Assembly: GCA_963703315.1 (NCBI GenBank) | Contig: OY969811.1 | Span: forward strand, 3,232,001 to 3,296,000 | Direction of reading: 5' to 3' | Source of the DNA: an uncultured cyanobacterium | GTDB taxonomy: Bacteria; Cyanobacteriota; Cyanobacteriia; Pseudanabaenales; Pseudanabaenaceae | Length of the DNA stretch: 64,000 nt | Shown here: piece after piece, positions 51,975-62,598 of the stretch | How the letters are laid out: the number at the start of each line of letters is the position of its first letter | Position numbering within the stretch: the first letter of the stretch is position 1 | Program-made: the position numbers and the translations under genes | Notes under the pieces: generated by a model | Database searches by the model: none | What the model was told of the DNA's origin: nothing | What the model saw: only the letters and a program-made list of their open reading frames with translations

Positions 51975-52429
51975 AAAGGCTTAACATCTTGCCAAGGCGC
52001 AGGAATACCATTTTGCCAATGGGTTTGAGCGATCGCCAATAGGCTTTCACTTAAGGACAATGGTGGATCAGATTGCTTTGCTCTAATAGCAATTGATTCA
52101 CAGTCAATCCCATATACGGGAATATTTAGCTGTTCGCCGAGGGTTCTCGCTACGACAACACCAATACGTGTGCCTGTAAAACTGCCAATGCCAGTAGCGA
52201 TCGCTAAAAAAGCAAAGTCAGTCCACAAAATATCATCCACAAACATATTTAAGCAGTCATGTAACCTTACAGATAGCTCTCTGCCTAATTCCCATGACTG
52301 CTGTTTGTGGATGATATATGTCTGAGAGTTGCGATTTGGATGCTGATCTAAGTTTTGATCAAACTTAGCGATCGCAAGCTCTAGTTTTGTCGTTGTTGTA
52401 TGTAAAGCAAGGCTAAACTTTGTGGTCAT
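51959..52429 (-). CDS. tsaB: tRNA threonylcarbamoyladenosine biosynthesis protein TsaB (short form)
   Basis: LALHTTT, GIGSFTGTRIGVVVARTLG.QLNIPVYGI, C-terminal PLY. Confidence 0.88.
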   Translation of the reverse strand: MTTKFSLALHTTTTKLELAIAKFDQNLDQHPNRNSQTYIIHKQQSWELGRELSVRLHDCLNMFVDDILWTDFAFLAIATGIGSFTGTRIGVVVARTLGEQLNIPVYGIDCESIAIRAKQSDPPLSLSESLLAIAQTHWQNGIPAPWQDVKPLYTEE

Positions 52430-52471
52430 GCTCTCTAGAAAAACTGGACAGCGATCGCGCCAGACTTCAAT

Positions 52472-52684
52472 TTAGAACTTACCACCTGAGCCAGTATCCG
52501 CAGCACCTGTATCGGCTGCTCCAGTATCGGCTGCTCCGTTGGATTCAGAATCTTCAGGATCATTATAATTACCCATTGGTCTTCTGCGTCCAAAGCGACC
52601 TATAGGAGTGCGCTTACGAAACTTACGTGCATACGCTTGGTTGCGAAGAGCTTTTTCTTTCTTCTGATTGCGGCGCTTAGCCAT
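52472..52684 (-). CDS. Small protein with a very basic N-terminus and an acidic AADTG x3 tail
   Basis: MAKRRNQKKEKALRNQAYARKFRKR; 15-bp repeats with synonymous variation support coding. Confidence 0.75.
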   Translation of the reverse strand: MAKRRNQKKEKALRNQAYARKFRKRTPIGRFGRRRPMGNYNDPEDSESNGAADTGAADTGAADTGSGGKF

Positions 52685-52788
52685 GTTAAACTGTTATACC
52701 CCTTAGAGAGATTGCGTCTATTTAAGCTAGCACAAAACGAGAAATAGACACACAAATTATTTTTAGCATTAGCTACTATCTTAATTCA

Positions 52789-52865
52789 TAAGTACCTTGA
52801 CACAATTAAAAACAGTTCAAAAACCTGTGGCGCACGCTCCGCGTGCGCCACAGGTTTTTGAGTCT
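52789..52865. repeat. Family B mini-element, right end degenerate
   Basis: taagtacc..cacaattaaaa..tcaaaaacctgtggcgcacgc-tcc-gcgtgcgccacaggtttttga. Confidence 0.8.
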
Positions 52866-52896
52866 AAAAGGCTTGCTGGGGTTGCTTTTTGTGATA

Positions 52897-53748
52897 ATGG
52901 ATAAACTTTCTCTTTTCCCAACTGAAGATGGCTCTGTTACGTTTTGGTCAGAAACTTTTCAAGAAACTTTCCATAGCTCTCACGGCGCGAAGCACGAAGC
53001 TGAAGCCAAGTTTGTCATTCCCGCAAGAATTGCAGAAAAAGCTGCATCTCAAACTCAACTCCATATCCTTGATGTTTGCTATGGCTTAGGCTACAACACG
53101 GCGGCAGCGATCGCCTGTGTCCATGAGTTACCAAATCGCACCGCTAATCTACACATCATTGCTCTCGAAAATAATCTTGAGGTTCCGCAAAAAGCGATCG
53201 CTTCAGGATTAGTAAATATTTGGCAACCAGCGATCGCCCAAATCCTCCAAACTGCTGCTGCAAAACAAATTGTCGAAACTGAAGATTTGTCTTTACAACT
53301 TCTGATCGGTGATGCCAGACAAACTATTAGGCAAGTTCCTATGCAATGGGCAGATGCCATCTTTCTTGATCCCTTCTCTCCCCCCCATTGCCCCCAACTC
53401 TGGACAGTGGAATTTATTAAACTTCTAGCCAACTGCCTCAAACCTGATGGCTATCTCGTTACTTACTCCTCATCTGCCGCCGTGCGTGCTGCCATGCTGG
53501 AAGCTCGTTTACAAATTGGGGCGATCGCACCCATCGGACGCAAATCTCCCAGCACGATCGCCGCTTTCCCTCCTACACCATTACCCCCCATATCTGAAAC
53601 CGAAGCCGCTTTCCTGAAGACTCGTGCTGCCATTCCCTACCGCGATCGCACCCTTACAGCCACAGCTTCAGAAATCATTGCTAGCCGCCAAGCCGAACAA
53701 AACAGTAGCAACTTGCCACCGAGTTCTAGCTTACGCAAAAAAGTTTAG
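52897..53748 (+). CDS. MnmC/MnmD-like SAM-dependent methyltransferase
   Basis: TEDGSVTF.S..F.ETFHS..GA, LDVCYGLGYN, GDAR, FLDPFSP..CPQLWT, TYSSS. Confidence 0.88.
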   Translation: MDKLSLFPTEDGSVTFWSETFQETFHSSHGAKHEAEAKFVIPARIAEKAASQTQLHILDVCYGLGYNTAAAIACVHELPNRTANLHIIALENNLEVPQKAIASGLVNIWQPAIAQILQTAAAKQIVETEDLSLQLLIGDARQTIRQVPMQWADAIFLDPFSPPHCPQLWTVEFIKLLANCLKPDGYLVTYSSSAAVRAAMLEARLQIGAIAPIGRKSPSTIAAFPPTPLPPISETEAAFLKTRAAIPYRDRTLTATASEIIASRQAEQNSSNLPPSSSLRKKV

Positions 53749-53787
53749 ATAGAGCGCGAAGCACTCTATCTAAACTTTTTTGCGTAA
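53731..53787. repeat. 27-bp-arm palindrome overlapping the last 18 nt of the methyltransferase gene
   Basis: ttacgcaaaaaagtttagatagagcgc-gaa-gcactctatctaaacttttttgcgtaa. Confidence 0.9.
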
Positions 53788-53849
53788 ATTATAGACATTG
53801 GATCGATCATGCTCTAACATAGATGATCGCGACTTTTTTGGCATTCCTC

Positions 53850-54212
53850 ATGAACGCTTCTGAAATCATCCGCTCAATTGAAGCGGAATATATCAAAACA
53901 GATCTCCCTACAATTTACGTGGGAGACACTGTTAAGGTTGGAGTTAGAATCAAAGAGGGCGGCAAAGAACGTACTCAGCCTTATGAAGGCGTGATCATCG
54001 CAAGACGTGGTTCTGGCATTAACTCTGTCATTACTGTCCGTCGTGTATTTCAAGGGATCGGAGTTGAGCGAGCCTTCTTGCTTCATTCTCCCCAAATTGA
54101 AAGCATTAAAGTGATCCGTCGCGGTAAAGTGCGTCGTGCCAAGCTCTACTACTTACGTGACCTTGTTGGTAAAGCAACTCGTCTTAAACAACGATTTGAT
54201 CGACCACTATAG
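53850..54212 (+). CDS. rplS: 50S ribosomal protein L19
   Basis: [41 protein letters not shown]. Confidence 0.98.
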   Translation: MNASEIIRSIEAEYIKTDLPTIYVGDTVKVGVRIKEGGKERTQPYEGVIIARRGSGINSVITVRRVFQGIGVERAFLLHSPQIESIKVIRRGKVRRAKLYYLRDLVGKATRLKQRFDRPL

Positions 54213-54312
54213 AGCAATTTATAGGTATACTAAGTATCAAGTGCTATTTTAATGTAGTAACTGATGCTACAAGTATCATTGGTTACAAGTCAAAATCGTC
54301 TCTTTATTACGT

Positions 54313-54385
54313 GCGTCCTTAGTTCAGTTGGTAGAACGCAGGTCTCCAAAACCTGATGTCGGGGGTTCGAGTCCCTCAGGGCGCG
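54313..54385 (+). tRNA. trnW: tRNA-Trp (CCA)
   Basis: Acceptor GCGTCCT/AGGGCGC, D arm AGTTCAGTTGGTAGAAC, anticodon arm CAGGT-CTCCAAA-ACCTG, T loop GTTCGAG; canonical position before secE. Confidence 0.97.
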
Positions 54386-54502
54386 CTTCACCAATATTAA
54401 ACAAGCTCAAATACAAACCAAAGATTAACTAGGTTTGCTCAAGATTGTCATTAAATACATTGCATTTATAAGGATTGCAAAGGGATCGCAAGAGTTGCCG
54501 CT

Positions 54503-54754
54503 ATGACCAAAAATGAAGTTAAAGAGCAACCAAAAGAAGTGTCAAAAGACGAATCAGATAGTTCATCTGATGCCTCTGGAGTATCTAAATTTTTCGCAGA
54601 GTCCAAAGCCGAATTTGGCAAAATTGTTTGGCCAACCCGCCAACAATTAATCAGTGAATCTGCCTCTGTACTTTTGATGATCGTTGCGGTTGCCACCTTT
54701 GTCTATTTGATTGATGCATTGTTTAAAGCGATCGCATTGCAGGTGTTTCAATAA
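54503..54754 (+). CDS. secE: Preprotein translocase subunit SecE
   Basis: EFGKIVWPTRQQL plus one TM segment; directly before nusG. Confidence 0.95.
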   Translation: MTKNEVKEQPKEVSKDESDSSSDASGVSKFFAESKAEFGKIVWPTRQQLISESASVLLMIVAVATFVYLIDALFKAIALQVFQ

Positions 54755-55398
54755 TGTTTACCGAGGACATCGACCACTCATCTAGCAGCCAAGAGGAGTC
54801 GGGAGTACTATTTCAGTGGTACGCCGTCCAGATTGCTTCAGGATGCGAAAAAAAGGTTAAGTCGAGCCTAGAACAACGCATCAAAACCCTTGATGTCGAG
54901 GATAGGATCAAGCAAATTGAAATTCCGCAGACACCGACAGTCAAACTTAGAAAAGATGGCAGTCGGTTAGCCTCTGAGGAAAAGATTTTTCCAGGATATG
55001 TTTTGATTCAGATTAAAACTGTCAGAAATGAAATCGGGCAGTTAGAAGTTGATGATGATGCATGGCTTGCTGTGAAAAGTACACCCCATGTAATTAACTT
55101 CGTCGGAACAGAGCAAAAGCGTCATTATGGGCGCGGTCGGGGACACGTTAAACCTCGTCCTTTGACAGAGAAAGAAGTCGAAAGAATCTTTCGCGTTACC
55201 GTCGAACAAGAGCCAGTTCTCAAAATCAACATGGCTCAAGGCGACAAAATTAAAGTGCTTACTGGTCCTTTTAAAGACTTTGAAGGTGAAGTGGTAGAAG
55301 TAAGCCCTGAGCGCAGTAAACTGAAAGCCCTCCTTTCAATCTTTGGCAGAGACACACCTGTAGAACTAGAGTTCAATCAGGTACAGAAGCAAAATTAA
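54754..55398 (+). CDS. nusG: Transcription factor NusG
   Basis: [22 protein letters not shown] motif [18 protein letters not shown]. Confidence 0.98.
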   Translation: MFTEDIDHSSSSQEESGVLFQWYAVQIASGCEKKVKSSLEQRIKTLDVEDRIKQIEIPQTPTVKLRKDGSRLASEEKIFPGYVLIQIKTVRNEIGQLEVDDDAWLAVKSTPHVINFVGTEQKRHYGRGRGHVKPRPLTEKEVERIFRVTVEQEPVLKINMAQGDKIKVLTGPFKDFEGEVVEVSPERSKLKALLSIFGRDTPVELEFNQVQKQN

Positions 55399-55459
55399 GA
55401 CAAAACTACAGCACAAGTTTGTAGATTTTTTAACAGCTATAAAATGGCTAAAAAAGAAA

Positions 55460-55885
55460 ATGGCTAAAAAAGTTACGGCAGTTATTAAGCTAGCGCTCAA
55501 TGCTGGCAAAGCAAGTCCCACTCCACCAGTTGGTCCTGCTCTAGGTCAACATGGTGTCAACATCATGATGTTTTGTAAGGAATATAATGCCCGTACTGCT
55601 GATCAAGCAGGTATGGTTATTCCTGTAGAAATATCTGTATATGAAGATCGTAGCTTTACTTTCATTCTGAAGACGCCTCCAGCTTCAGTCTTAATCCAAA
55701 AAGCGGCTGGTATCTCTTCTGGATCAGCAGAGCCTAACCGTAAGAAAGTTGGTTCCATCACTAGAGAGCAACTTCGCCAAATCGCGGAAACTAAGCTTCC
55801 TGACCTTAATGCTAATGACATTGAAGGTGCAACTAAGATTATTGAAGGTACTGCGAGAAACATGGGCGTTACTATTACCGCCTAG
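55460..55885 (+). CDS. rplK: 50S ribosomal protein L11
   Basis: [40 protein letters not shown]. Confidence 0.99.
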   Translation: MAKKVTAVIKLALNAGKASPTPPVGPALGQHGVNIMMFCKEYNARTADQAGMVIPVEISVYEDRSFTFILKTPPASVLIQKAAGISSGSAEPNRKKVGSITREQLRQIAETKLPDLNANDIEGATKIIEGTARNMGVTITA

Positions 55886-55929
55886 TTTTAAAAGACCGAT
55901 CAAATACAAACTTCCATAAAAAATTTAGC

Positions 55930-55964
55930 TGGGGGAGGGAATTCATATTTCCGATCGCACCCCA
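55930..55964 (+). promoter_or_regulatory. Putative L1-binding translational operator before rplA
   Basis: tgggg-gag-ggaa..ttcc-gatcgca-cccca: stem with an asymmetric GGAG internal loop next to the RBS aggag, as in known L1 autoregulatory sites. Confidence 0.6.
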
Positions 55965-55975
55965 TAGGAGTAATC

Positions 55976-56689
55976 ATGGCAAAGAAGATATCAAAGCGTC
56001 TCAAGGAAGCCCTCAGCAAGGTTGAGGAACGTCCTTATGCGCCGATAGAAGCTCTCGAACTAGTTAAAGCGACTGCAACGGCAAAGTTTCCTGAGTCCGT
56101 AGAAGCTCACGTAAGACTAGGAATTGATCCTAAGTACGCTGACCAACAACTGAGAACCACTGTCACCCTACCTAAGGGAACAGGACAAACCATTCGCGTT
56201 GCAGTTATCGCTCGTGGTGAAAAAGTTGCAGAAGCGATCGCCGCAGGTGCAGATATCGCTGGTTCTGAGGAACTAATTGATGAGATCAGCAAAGGTAGAT
56301 TAGATTTTGATTTGCTAATCGCCACCCCTGATGTTATGCCTCAAGTGGCTAAGCTTGGTAAATTGCTTGGTCCAAGAGGATTAATGCCTTCTCCTAAGGG
56401 TGGTACGGTAACTACTGACTTAGGTGGTGCGATTAATGAGTTCAAAGCTGGTAAGCTAGAATTCCGTGCAGATCGTACTGGGATTGTCCATATCCAGTTT
56501 GGTAAGGCAGCATTCACTGCACAAGATTTGCTGTTAAACCTCAAAGCTTTGCAAGAAACGATTGATCGTAATCGTCCTTCTGGTGCAAAGGGACGCTACT
56601 GGAGATCTCTGTATGTGTCCGCAACAATGGGGCCATCTATTGAAGTTGATGTAACCACATTGCGCGATCTCAAACTTGGAGACGCATAA
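55976..56689 (+). CDS. rplA: 50S ribosomal protein L1
   Basis: [33 protein letters not shown]. Confidence 0.99.
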   Translation: MAKKISKRLKEALSKVEERPYAPIEALELVKATATAKFPESVEAHVRLGIDPKYADQQLRTTVTLPKGTGQTIRVAVIARGEKVAEAIAAGADIAGSEELIDEISKGRLDFDLLIATPDVMPQVAKLGKLLGPRGLMPSPKGGTVTTDLGGAINEFKAGKLEFRADRTGIVHIQFGKAAFTAQDLLLNLKALQETIDRNRPSGAKGRYWRSLYVSATMGPSIEVDVTTLRDLKLGDA

Positions 56690-56812
56690 AAATAAAGCCT
56701 TTCAAAGTCGTCCATCTTGCAAGAGCATTAACCAAAAGTTTTTACTCTTGCAAAAATTAAAAAAGCTAAGTCTAATTGTTGTCATCAGCCTAGAAAGAAA
56801 TTTCGACAATCA

Positions 56813-56928
56813 AATAGATCCATAGACAGCAGGTGCTAATAGCTTAATTTCCTGCCGAGGTGATTTAAGAAATATTCCGATCCAGAATATTTCTTGAGCC
56901 TCTCTCTATGAATAGACGAGGCTTTTTT
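56813..56928 (+). ncRNA. L10 leader (ribosomal-protein autoregulatory RNA) with terminator
   Basis: agacagcagg....ttaa...cctgccgagg core upstream of rplJ, followed by agcctc...gaggctttttt. Confidence 0.82.
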
Positions 56929-57012
56929 AATGACTTTAAAGATCCCCAAGTTAATAGACATCGTGCTTAGTGCCATGTTTATTAACTCCAAACATAAGGA
57001 GGTGCAAAATAC

Positions 57013-57540
57013 ATGGGTAAGACCCTAGACCAGAAAAAAGTTCTAGTCGGAGAAATGACTCAAGAGTTTGAAGGAACTCAGATGGTCATGGTAATCGATT
57101 ATTCAACTTTGTCAGTAGCGGAGATTACGAAGCTCCGTCGCTCTCTCCGTCCTACAGGCACGGTATGTAGAACGACTAAGAATACTCTTCTCAAACAAGC
57201 AATTTCAGGTACTCCTGAATGGAAGCCTCTAGAAGACTTTCTAGTTGGTCCTTCTGCCTGTTTATTTGTCAAAGATGACATTGGCGGTGCTGTTAAGGCA
57301 TACCAAGCTTTTCAAAAGGAATCTAAAAAAACCGAACTTCGTGGCGGTGTTTTAGAAGGTCGTGCATTGACTGCAAAAGACTTGCAGGCGATCGCCGATC
57401 TACCTTCCAAGGAAGTACTCATCTCGCAAATTGCTGGTGCAATCAATGCAGTTACTGCCAAGATTGCGATCGGTATCAAAGAGGTTCCTCAGTCTCTTGG
57501 ACGCGCTATCAAAGCTGTTTCTGAGAAAGAAGCTGCTTAG
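57013..57540 (+). CDS. rplJ: 50S ribosomal protein L10
   Basis: DY..LSVAEI..LR, KNTL, LPSKEVL. Confidence 0.97.
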   Translation: MGKTLDQKKVLVGEMTQEFEGTQMVMVIDYSTLSVAEITKLRRSLRPTGTVCRTTKNTLLKQAISGTPEWKPLEDFLVGPSACLFVKDDIGGAVKAYQAFQKESKKTELRGGVLEGRALTAKDLQAIADLPSKEVLISQIAGAINAVTAKIAIGIKEVPQSLGRAIKAVSEKEAA

Positions 57541-57543
57541 AAC

Positions 57544-57585
57544 AATTGGTAATTACGAATTACGAATTATCAATTACGAATTATT
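57544..57585. repeat. Heptamer tandem repeat (AATTACG-type STRR), 6 units
   Basis: aattggt aattacg aattacg aattatc aattacg aattatt. Confidence 0.85.
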
Positions 57586-57616
57586 AACCTAATCTAATTA
57601 ACTAAAGAGAAAAACT

Positions 57617-58009
57617 ATGTCTGCAAAGATCGACAGCATTATTGAAGAACTAAAGACTTTGAGCCTTCTTGAAGCTTCTGAATTGGTCAAAGCGATCGAA
57701 GAAACCTTCGGCGTATCGGCTGCTGCTCCTGTTGGTGGTGTAGTAGTTGCTGCTGCTGGTGGCGGTGCTGCTGCTGCTGAAGAAGTTGAAGAAAAGACTT
57801 CCTTCGACTTGGTACTTGATGAAGTTCCTGCTGATAAGAAGATCGCGGTTCTGAAGATCGTTCGTGAAATCACTGGCTTGGGCTTGAAAGATGCTAAGGA
57901 CATGGTTGAATCCACTCCTAAGACCATCAAAGAAGGTATGCCTAAGGCTGATGCTGAAGCTGCTAAGAAGCAAATCGAAGAAGCTGGTGGTAAGGTTTCC
58001 ATCAAGTAA
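57617..58009 (+). CDS. rplL: 50S ribosomal protein L7/L12
   Basis: [45 protein letters not shown]. Confidence 0.99.
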   Translation: MSAKIDSIIEELKTLSLLEASELVKAIEETFGVSAAAPVGGVVVAAAGGGAAAAEEVEEKTSFDLVLDEVPADKKIAVLKIVREITGLGLKDAKDMVESTPKTIKEGMPKADAEAAKKQIEEAGGKVSIK

Positions 58010-58031
58010 TTGTTGGCAACACTTAGATTGC

Positions 58032-58094
58032 TTGTATGTCCTGCTTTGCAGGACATACAAAACCAGAATTAAAGGCACGCTTAGCGTGCCTTTA
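58032..58094. terminator. Two adjacent triloop hairpins after rplL
   Basis: ttgtatgtcctgc-ttt-gcaggacatacaa and taaaggcacgc-tta-gcgtgccttta. Confidence 0.65.
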
Positions 58095-58122
58095 TGATTA
58101 TGTAGCAGTATTTTGGAATAGT

Positions 58123-58401
58123 ATGAGCGACCCTTTATCAGAATTATTTGCGGTGATTGTCGATCGCCGCGAGAATCCCCAAGCAAGTTCCTACACTTGC
58201 AAATTATTTGCAGGTGGTGACAACAAGATTTTGAAAAAAATTGGTGAAGAGTCTGCCGAAGTAGTCATGGCTTGTAAAGATGATGATCCTGACGCGATCG
58301 CTGGGGAAGTTGCCGATTTGTTTTATCACACCTTAGTAGCGATCGCCCATCATCATGTCGATCTCCAACTTGTATATGACAAGCTGGCTCAGCGACGCTA
58401 A
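58123..58401 (+). CDS. hisE: Phosphoribosyl-ATP diphosphatase
   Basis: SYTCKLF..G..KILKKIGEESAEVVMA, GEVADLFYH. Confidence 0.93.
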   Translation: MSDPLSELFAVIVDRRENPQASSYTCKLFAGGDNKILKKIGEESAEVVMACKDDDPDAIAGEVADLFYHTLVAIAHHHVDLQLVYDKLAQRR

Positions 58402-58503
58402 AGATCGCATTAAGAAACTACGCAGTAATTTTTTAATGCGATCGCCCGAAATCATTATTAATGCAGTAAGATTACCTATGAATTGATCAAAGGGTAGATT
58501 GCT

Positions 58504-60435
58504 GTGGCATCGAATAGTGTAGAGCGTTCTCAGTCTCTGACAGGCAGTATTGTAAAAGGCACTCTCAAAGCTGTTGGCGGCACTTTGCTAGGCATTATTA
58601 TGATTGGTGGTGCAGCCGTAGCTGGTGGACTAGTGGGATTAGCACTCAGTTTTCGCGATCTGCCCGATGTCAGAGTCCTTAAGGGTTATGTCCCTGTGGA
58701 AACTACCTATATTTATGACATTAATGGTGGACTAATTGCTCGTCTACATGGCGATGTTAACCGCGAAGTTGTTACCCTTGATCGCATTTCTCCCCATTTA
58801 AAGCGATCGGTTCTGGCGATGGAAGATGCTTACTTCTATACCCACAAAGGTATTGATCCTAGCGGTATTGGACGCGCAATTTTAGCTAATTTTAGTGCAG
58901 GTGGAACCGTTGAAGGTGGCTCAACCCTCACCCAGCAATTAGTCAAAAACTTATTTTTATCTAACGAACGTAGTCTCAATCGCAAAGTGGCTGAAGCCGT
59001 CTTGGCAATGCGCGTTGAGCAAGTATTTACCAAGGAACAAATCCTTGAAATGTACCTCAATCAAGTATTTTGGGGAAAAAATACTAATGGAGCCGAAACT
59101 GCTTCTCAGAATTATTTTGGTAAATCGGCGGCTGACTTGACTCTTGGGGAGGCTGCCATATTAGCAGGTACGATTCAAGCCCCATCAGTATTTAATCCTG
59201 TAGATAACTATGCTGAAGCCAAGAAGCGACAAGGTTTAGTACTTGATCGCCTGTTAGAACTGGGATGGGCAACACCCGCCGAAATTAAAGCTGCCAAAGC
59301 CCAAAATATTACCATTCGGAAGCAAGGTATCTCCTATGAAGCTAGTCGCGTTCCTTATGTTTCTCAAGCTGTAACCGCAGAGTTAGAAGAAAGATTTGGG
59401 CGCGATGTGGTTTTACAAGGTGGGTTGCGTGTCCAAACGACGATTGATTTAAAGTTACAACGGATTGCTGAGGAAACTGCTGCTGAAGGTCATCGAGACT
59501 TAGTGGATCGTGGAGCCTATGCCGATCAATTGGCTTTAGTGGCTGTCGATCCCCGCACGGGCTTTGTGAAAGCTTTAGTGGGTGGGGTCGGTGATTTTGA
59601 TAAAAATCAATTTAATCGCGCAGTTTTAGCAAGAAGACAATTAGGCTCTTCGTTTAAGCCTTTTGTTTACTATGCTGCTTTTGCTACAGGCAACTACACT
59701 CCAGATTCCGTAATTGACGACAGTCCAATGTCAATTCCTGATGGTGATGAACCATACGTGCCACGCAACTACGACAATAAGTTTTCAGGTGCTATTTCCA
59801 TTCGTCAGGCGATCGCCGTTTCTCGAAATATTCCTGCGCTCAAACTAGGTCTGGAAGTTGGTAATGAGAATGTAGTTGCTATTTGCCGTAAATTAGGGAT
59901 CAATAGTCCGATTAAACCCGTTGTGTCTTTACCGCTTGGGGCTGCTGATGTCACCCCGATGGAAGTGGCAGGAGCCTATGCGGTATTTGCTAGTGGTGGC
60001 TATAAATCAAAAACTACATTAATTGCCCGTGTCACCGATCGCAATGGCAATCTCGTACTAGACAATACTCCCAAGCCAGAGTTAATTCTTGATCCGATCG
60101 CCGTTTCTTACTTAACTGATGCCTTACGTGGAGTAGTGACTAATGGTACAGCAACTGAAGCCCAAATGAGTGACGGGCGACCTGTCGCAGGTAAGACAGG
60201 TACTACCTCTGACTTTCGCGATGCTTGGTTTGTGGGCTATACTCCCCAGTTATCGGTAGCAATTTGGATCGGTAATGATGATTATTCACCAATGGCAAAT
60301 GGCGTGACGGGTGGTGTCTATGTCGTTCCGATTTGGCGAAAATTTATGGAAAGAGCATTAGCTGGACAACCGATTGAGCAGTTCCCAGTCCCATCCGAAA
60401 TCCAAGAAAAAGAAGGTGGCAAAAAGAAAAACTAA
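58504..60435 (+). CDS. Class A penicillin-binding protein (transglycosylase/transpeptidase)
   Basis: EDAYFYTHKG, GGSTLTQQLVKN, SSFK, SRN, GKTGT. Confidence 0.95.
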   Translation: MASNSVERSQSLTGSIVKGTLKAVGGTLLGIIMIGGAAVAGGLVGLALSFRDLPDVRVLKGYVPVETTYIYDINGGLIARLHGDVNREVVTLDRISPHLKRSVLAMEDAYFYTHKGIDPSGIGRAILANFSAGGTVEGGSTLTQQLVKNLFLSNERSLNRKVAEAVLAMRVEQVFTKEQILEMYLNQVFWGKNTNGAETASQNYFGKSAADLTLGEAAILAGTIQAPSVFNPVDNYAEAKKRQGLVLDRLLELGWATPAEIKAAKAQNITIRKQGISYEASRVPYVSQAVTAELEERFGRDVVLQGGLRVQTTIDLKLQRIAEETAAEGHRDLVDRGAYADQLALVAVDPRTGFVKALVGGVGDFDKNQFNRAVLARRQLGSSFKPFVYYAAFATGNYTPDSVIDDSPMSIPDGDEPYVPRNYDNKFSGAISIRQAIAVSRNIPALKLGLEVGNENVVAICRKLGINSPIKPVVSLPLGAADVTPMEVAGAYAVFASGGYKSKTTLIARVTDRNGNLVLDNTPKPELILDPIAVSYLTDALRGVVTNGTATEAQMSDGRPVAGKTGTTSDFRDAWFVGYTPQLSVAIWIGNDDYSPMANGVTGGVYVVPIWRKFMERALAGQPIEQFPVPSEIQEKEGGKKKN

Positions 60436-60444
60436 CTCACAAGA

Positions 60445-60678
60445 TTGAGTAGCCACTTTATGCACCTGAAGGTGATGTCCTTGAAAATATTTCCCCAATT
60501 TTTGTTTGTTTTGCGATTGCTAATTTATTCAGCGATTGTCTCGGCTGTGATTAAATATGCTGTACCCAATTGGTTGGTATTAAGTGAACTGACCGAAGAT
60601 GCCGTGAATGCGATCGCCTTCTTCTGTATCACCATACCTGTGGCATTATTTGCTTTTGTTTTATGGCTAAAGCGCTAA
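60445..60678 (+). CDS. Small two-TM hypothetical protein
   Basis: Two hydrophobic segments (SAIVSAVIKY; ITIPVALFAFVLW); start uncertain. Confidence 0.6.
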   Translation: MSSHFMHLKVMSLKIFPQFLFVLRLLIYSAIVSAVIKYAVPNWLVLSELTEDAVNAIAFFCITIPVALFAFVLWLKR

Positions 60679-60745
60679 AGATTCTGCAATTTAATGGCGC
60701 GGCAAGCCGCGCCATTAAATATTTTCATTATTTTAGAGCGAAGCG

Positions 60746-61273
60746 CTAATAATGCTTAATCATTACAAAGCAATTACGACCATTAACCATCGTTTCCGAG
60801 CGAATCTCATTGGCGACGGTTTTGGCGATAAATAAGCCCCTACCCCCCGTAGGAATGTCATCGACACTGGCAAAATCTTGATTTTTTGCGGCTTCTCTAC
60901 TAACTCGTTCTATTTCCGCCTGTAGGTCAAAAGGTTCCCCATAGTCCCAGATCCTTAATTCTAAAAATCTTTCGGTTTCATTAATGGTAATTTCAATGTC
61001 AATAGGAGTTTCTTCAGGAAGTCCTGCATGGGCATAGGAGACAACATTGGTAAAAACTTCAACTAACACCAGATTGCATTGCATCCAAGTTGGGTTTGGC
61101 AACAAATTTTGAAACTGCTGAAACCACTCTTGCAATTGGCTAAGAGCATAAATGTCAGTATTAACTTGGATATGATAATGCTGTAACACTGATGATTGAT
61201 CTGATGTTGTAAGAATCTGACGTTTTAAACTTAAAATCCAGTTATTGGCGGTTATACCAACGCATGAGGACAC
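60746..61273 (-). CDS. RsbW-like anti-sigma / HATPase_c protein
   Basis: [29 protein letters not shown]; true start probably downstream of 61273. Confidence 0.87.
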   Translation of the reverse strand: MSSCVGITANNWILSLKRQILTTSDQSSVLQHYHIQVNTDIYALSQLQEWFQQFQNLLPNPTWMQCNLVLVEVFTNVVSYAHAGLPEETPIDIEITINETERFLELRIWDYGEPFDLQAEIERVSREAAKNQDFASVDDIPTGGRGLFIAKTVANEIRSETMVNGRNCFVMIKHY

Positions 61274-62585
61274 CTGCTAATTTCTCCGAATCATGACATA
61301 CTGTGCCATTCTCTTTCTCTCTCATGATGTTGGCAATTAAGATAGGACAGCCCATTGCGGCAAGGTTATCTCGATCTAAATGTGTAAAGTGGGAGCCAAA
61401 GGTCGCATAGTGTTGTAGCGATCGCTCAGAAGGTGGTGACTTTTGGACTAAAACGACATCAAATAGTCGCACACCTGCTAACTCATCTAAAACTCTTACA
61501 TAATCAGACACCGCATAATTATCCGTTTCACCTACCTGACTCATGATATTACAAAGATAGATCGATGGTACATGGCGATCGATCAAGGCTTGTAATATTT
61601 CAGGTACGAGCAGGTTAGGAATAATGCTGGTATATAGGCTGCCAGGTCCAATTACAATCAGATCAGCTTCGTTAATATCCTCAACTGCTTGCGGCAATCC
61701 TTGGGGATTATCTGGTTTACAGCCAATATGTTTGATTTTACCTCTGGCTTCAGGAATATTCGACTCTCCCTCCACATAACGCCCATCTTCAAACTCAGCC
61801 CATAGCACCATGTGATCAAGAGTGGCAGGTAAGACGCGACCACGTACGGCTAAAACCTGTGAACTGGCGGCGATCGCCTTTTCTAGATCCCCTGTAACTT
61901 CACTCATCGCGGTCAGGAATAAATTCCCAAAGCTATGTCCTGTTAGCCCTTCTCCTGTTTTAAACCGATATTGAAATAGCTCAGTCACTAATTTTTCTTC
62001 GTCGGCAAGGGCAGCAAGACAATTACGAATATCGCCGGGGGGCAGAACTCCATGCTCACGGCGCAACCGTCCAGAGGAGCCACCATCATCCGCAACCGTG
62101 ACGATCGCTGTAATATTGGCGCTATATTGCTTCAGCCCCCTTAGCAAATTCGACATCCCTGTACCACCGCCCACAGTGACAATTTTGGGACCTCGATTGA
62201 GTTTGCGATGGGAGACTAGTAACTCTAATAGTTCTTTATTTTGATCGGGGATCAAAACTTGCGTAATCGAACCGAGGGCGCGTTTTTGACCTAGCCATAG
62301 CAGCCCTAGACCAATGGCTAAGGCGATCGGACCACTAAGATTGCGTGGCAAAATCGCAACTAAGGTGTCAACACCATTACGGATCAAACGCGAGATAAAT
62401 AAAATCGGGGTTAGTTTTGCGGAAATCGCAATTCCCAACACGATTAAAACAATGCCGATAATGCTAACCAATAGCCATCGCTTCACAAATAAGCCTGGCA
62501 AAAACCACTGAAAACCCCTCAGCCATTTTCTTTGCTTAGCTGCTGAACGAGATCGATTCGCTGACGGCTTTTTTGATGGCTTCAT
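61242..62585 (-). CDS. YvcK/CofD-like (UPF0052) protein with N-terminal TM segments
   Basis: GGGTG...[46 protein letters not shown]. Confidence 0.93.
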   Translation of the reverse strand: MKPSKKPSANRSRSAAKQRKWLRGFQWFLPGLFVKRWLLVSIIGIVLIVLGIAISAKLTPILFISRLIRNGVDTLVAILPRNLSGPIALAIGLGLLWLGQKRALGSITQVLIPDQNKELLELLVSHRKLNRGPKIVTVGGGTGMSNLLRGLKQYSANITAIVTVADDGGSSGRLRREHGVLPPGDIRNCLAALADEEKLVTELFQYRFKTGEGLTGHSFGNLFLTAMSEVTGDLEKAIAASSQVLAVRGRVLPATLDHMVLWAEFEDGRYVEGESNIPEARGKIKHIGCKPDNPQGLPQAVEDINEADLIVIGPGSLYTSIIPNLLVPEILQALIDRHVPSIYLCNIMSQVGETDNYAVSDYVRVLDELAGVRLFDVVLVQKSPPSERSLQHYATFGSHFTHLDRDNLAAMGCPILIANIMREKENGTVCHDSEKLAGVLMRWYNRQ

Positions 62586-62598
62586 CTAGCACCCTGTT

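Noticed and set aside
52843..52896. N-terminal extensions of ORFs starting inside palindromes (52843, also 48672, 50831, 58036)
   Set aside because: These start codons come from repeat sequence; homology begins at downstream ATGs (52897, 48654, 50858, 58123).
57598..58186. Antisense ORFs of 152 and 178 aa over rplL
   Set aside because: Mirror of the Ala/Glu/Lys-rich rplL codons; low-complexity products.
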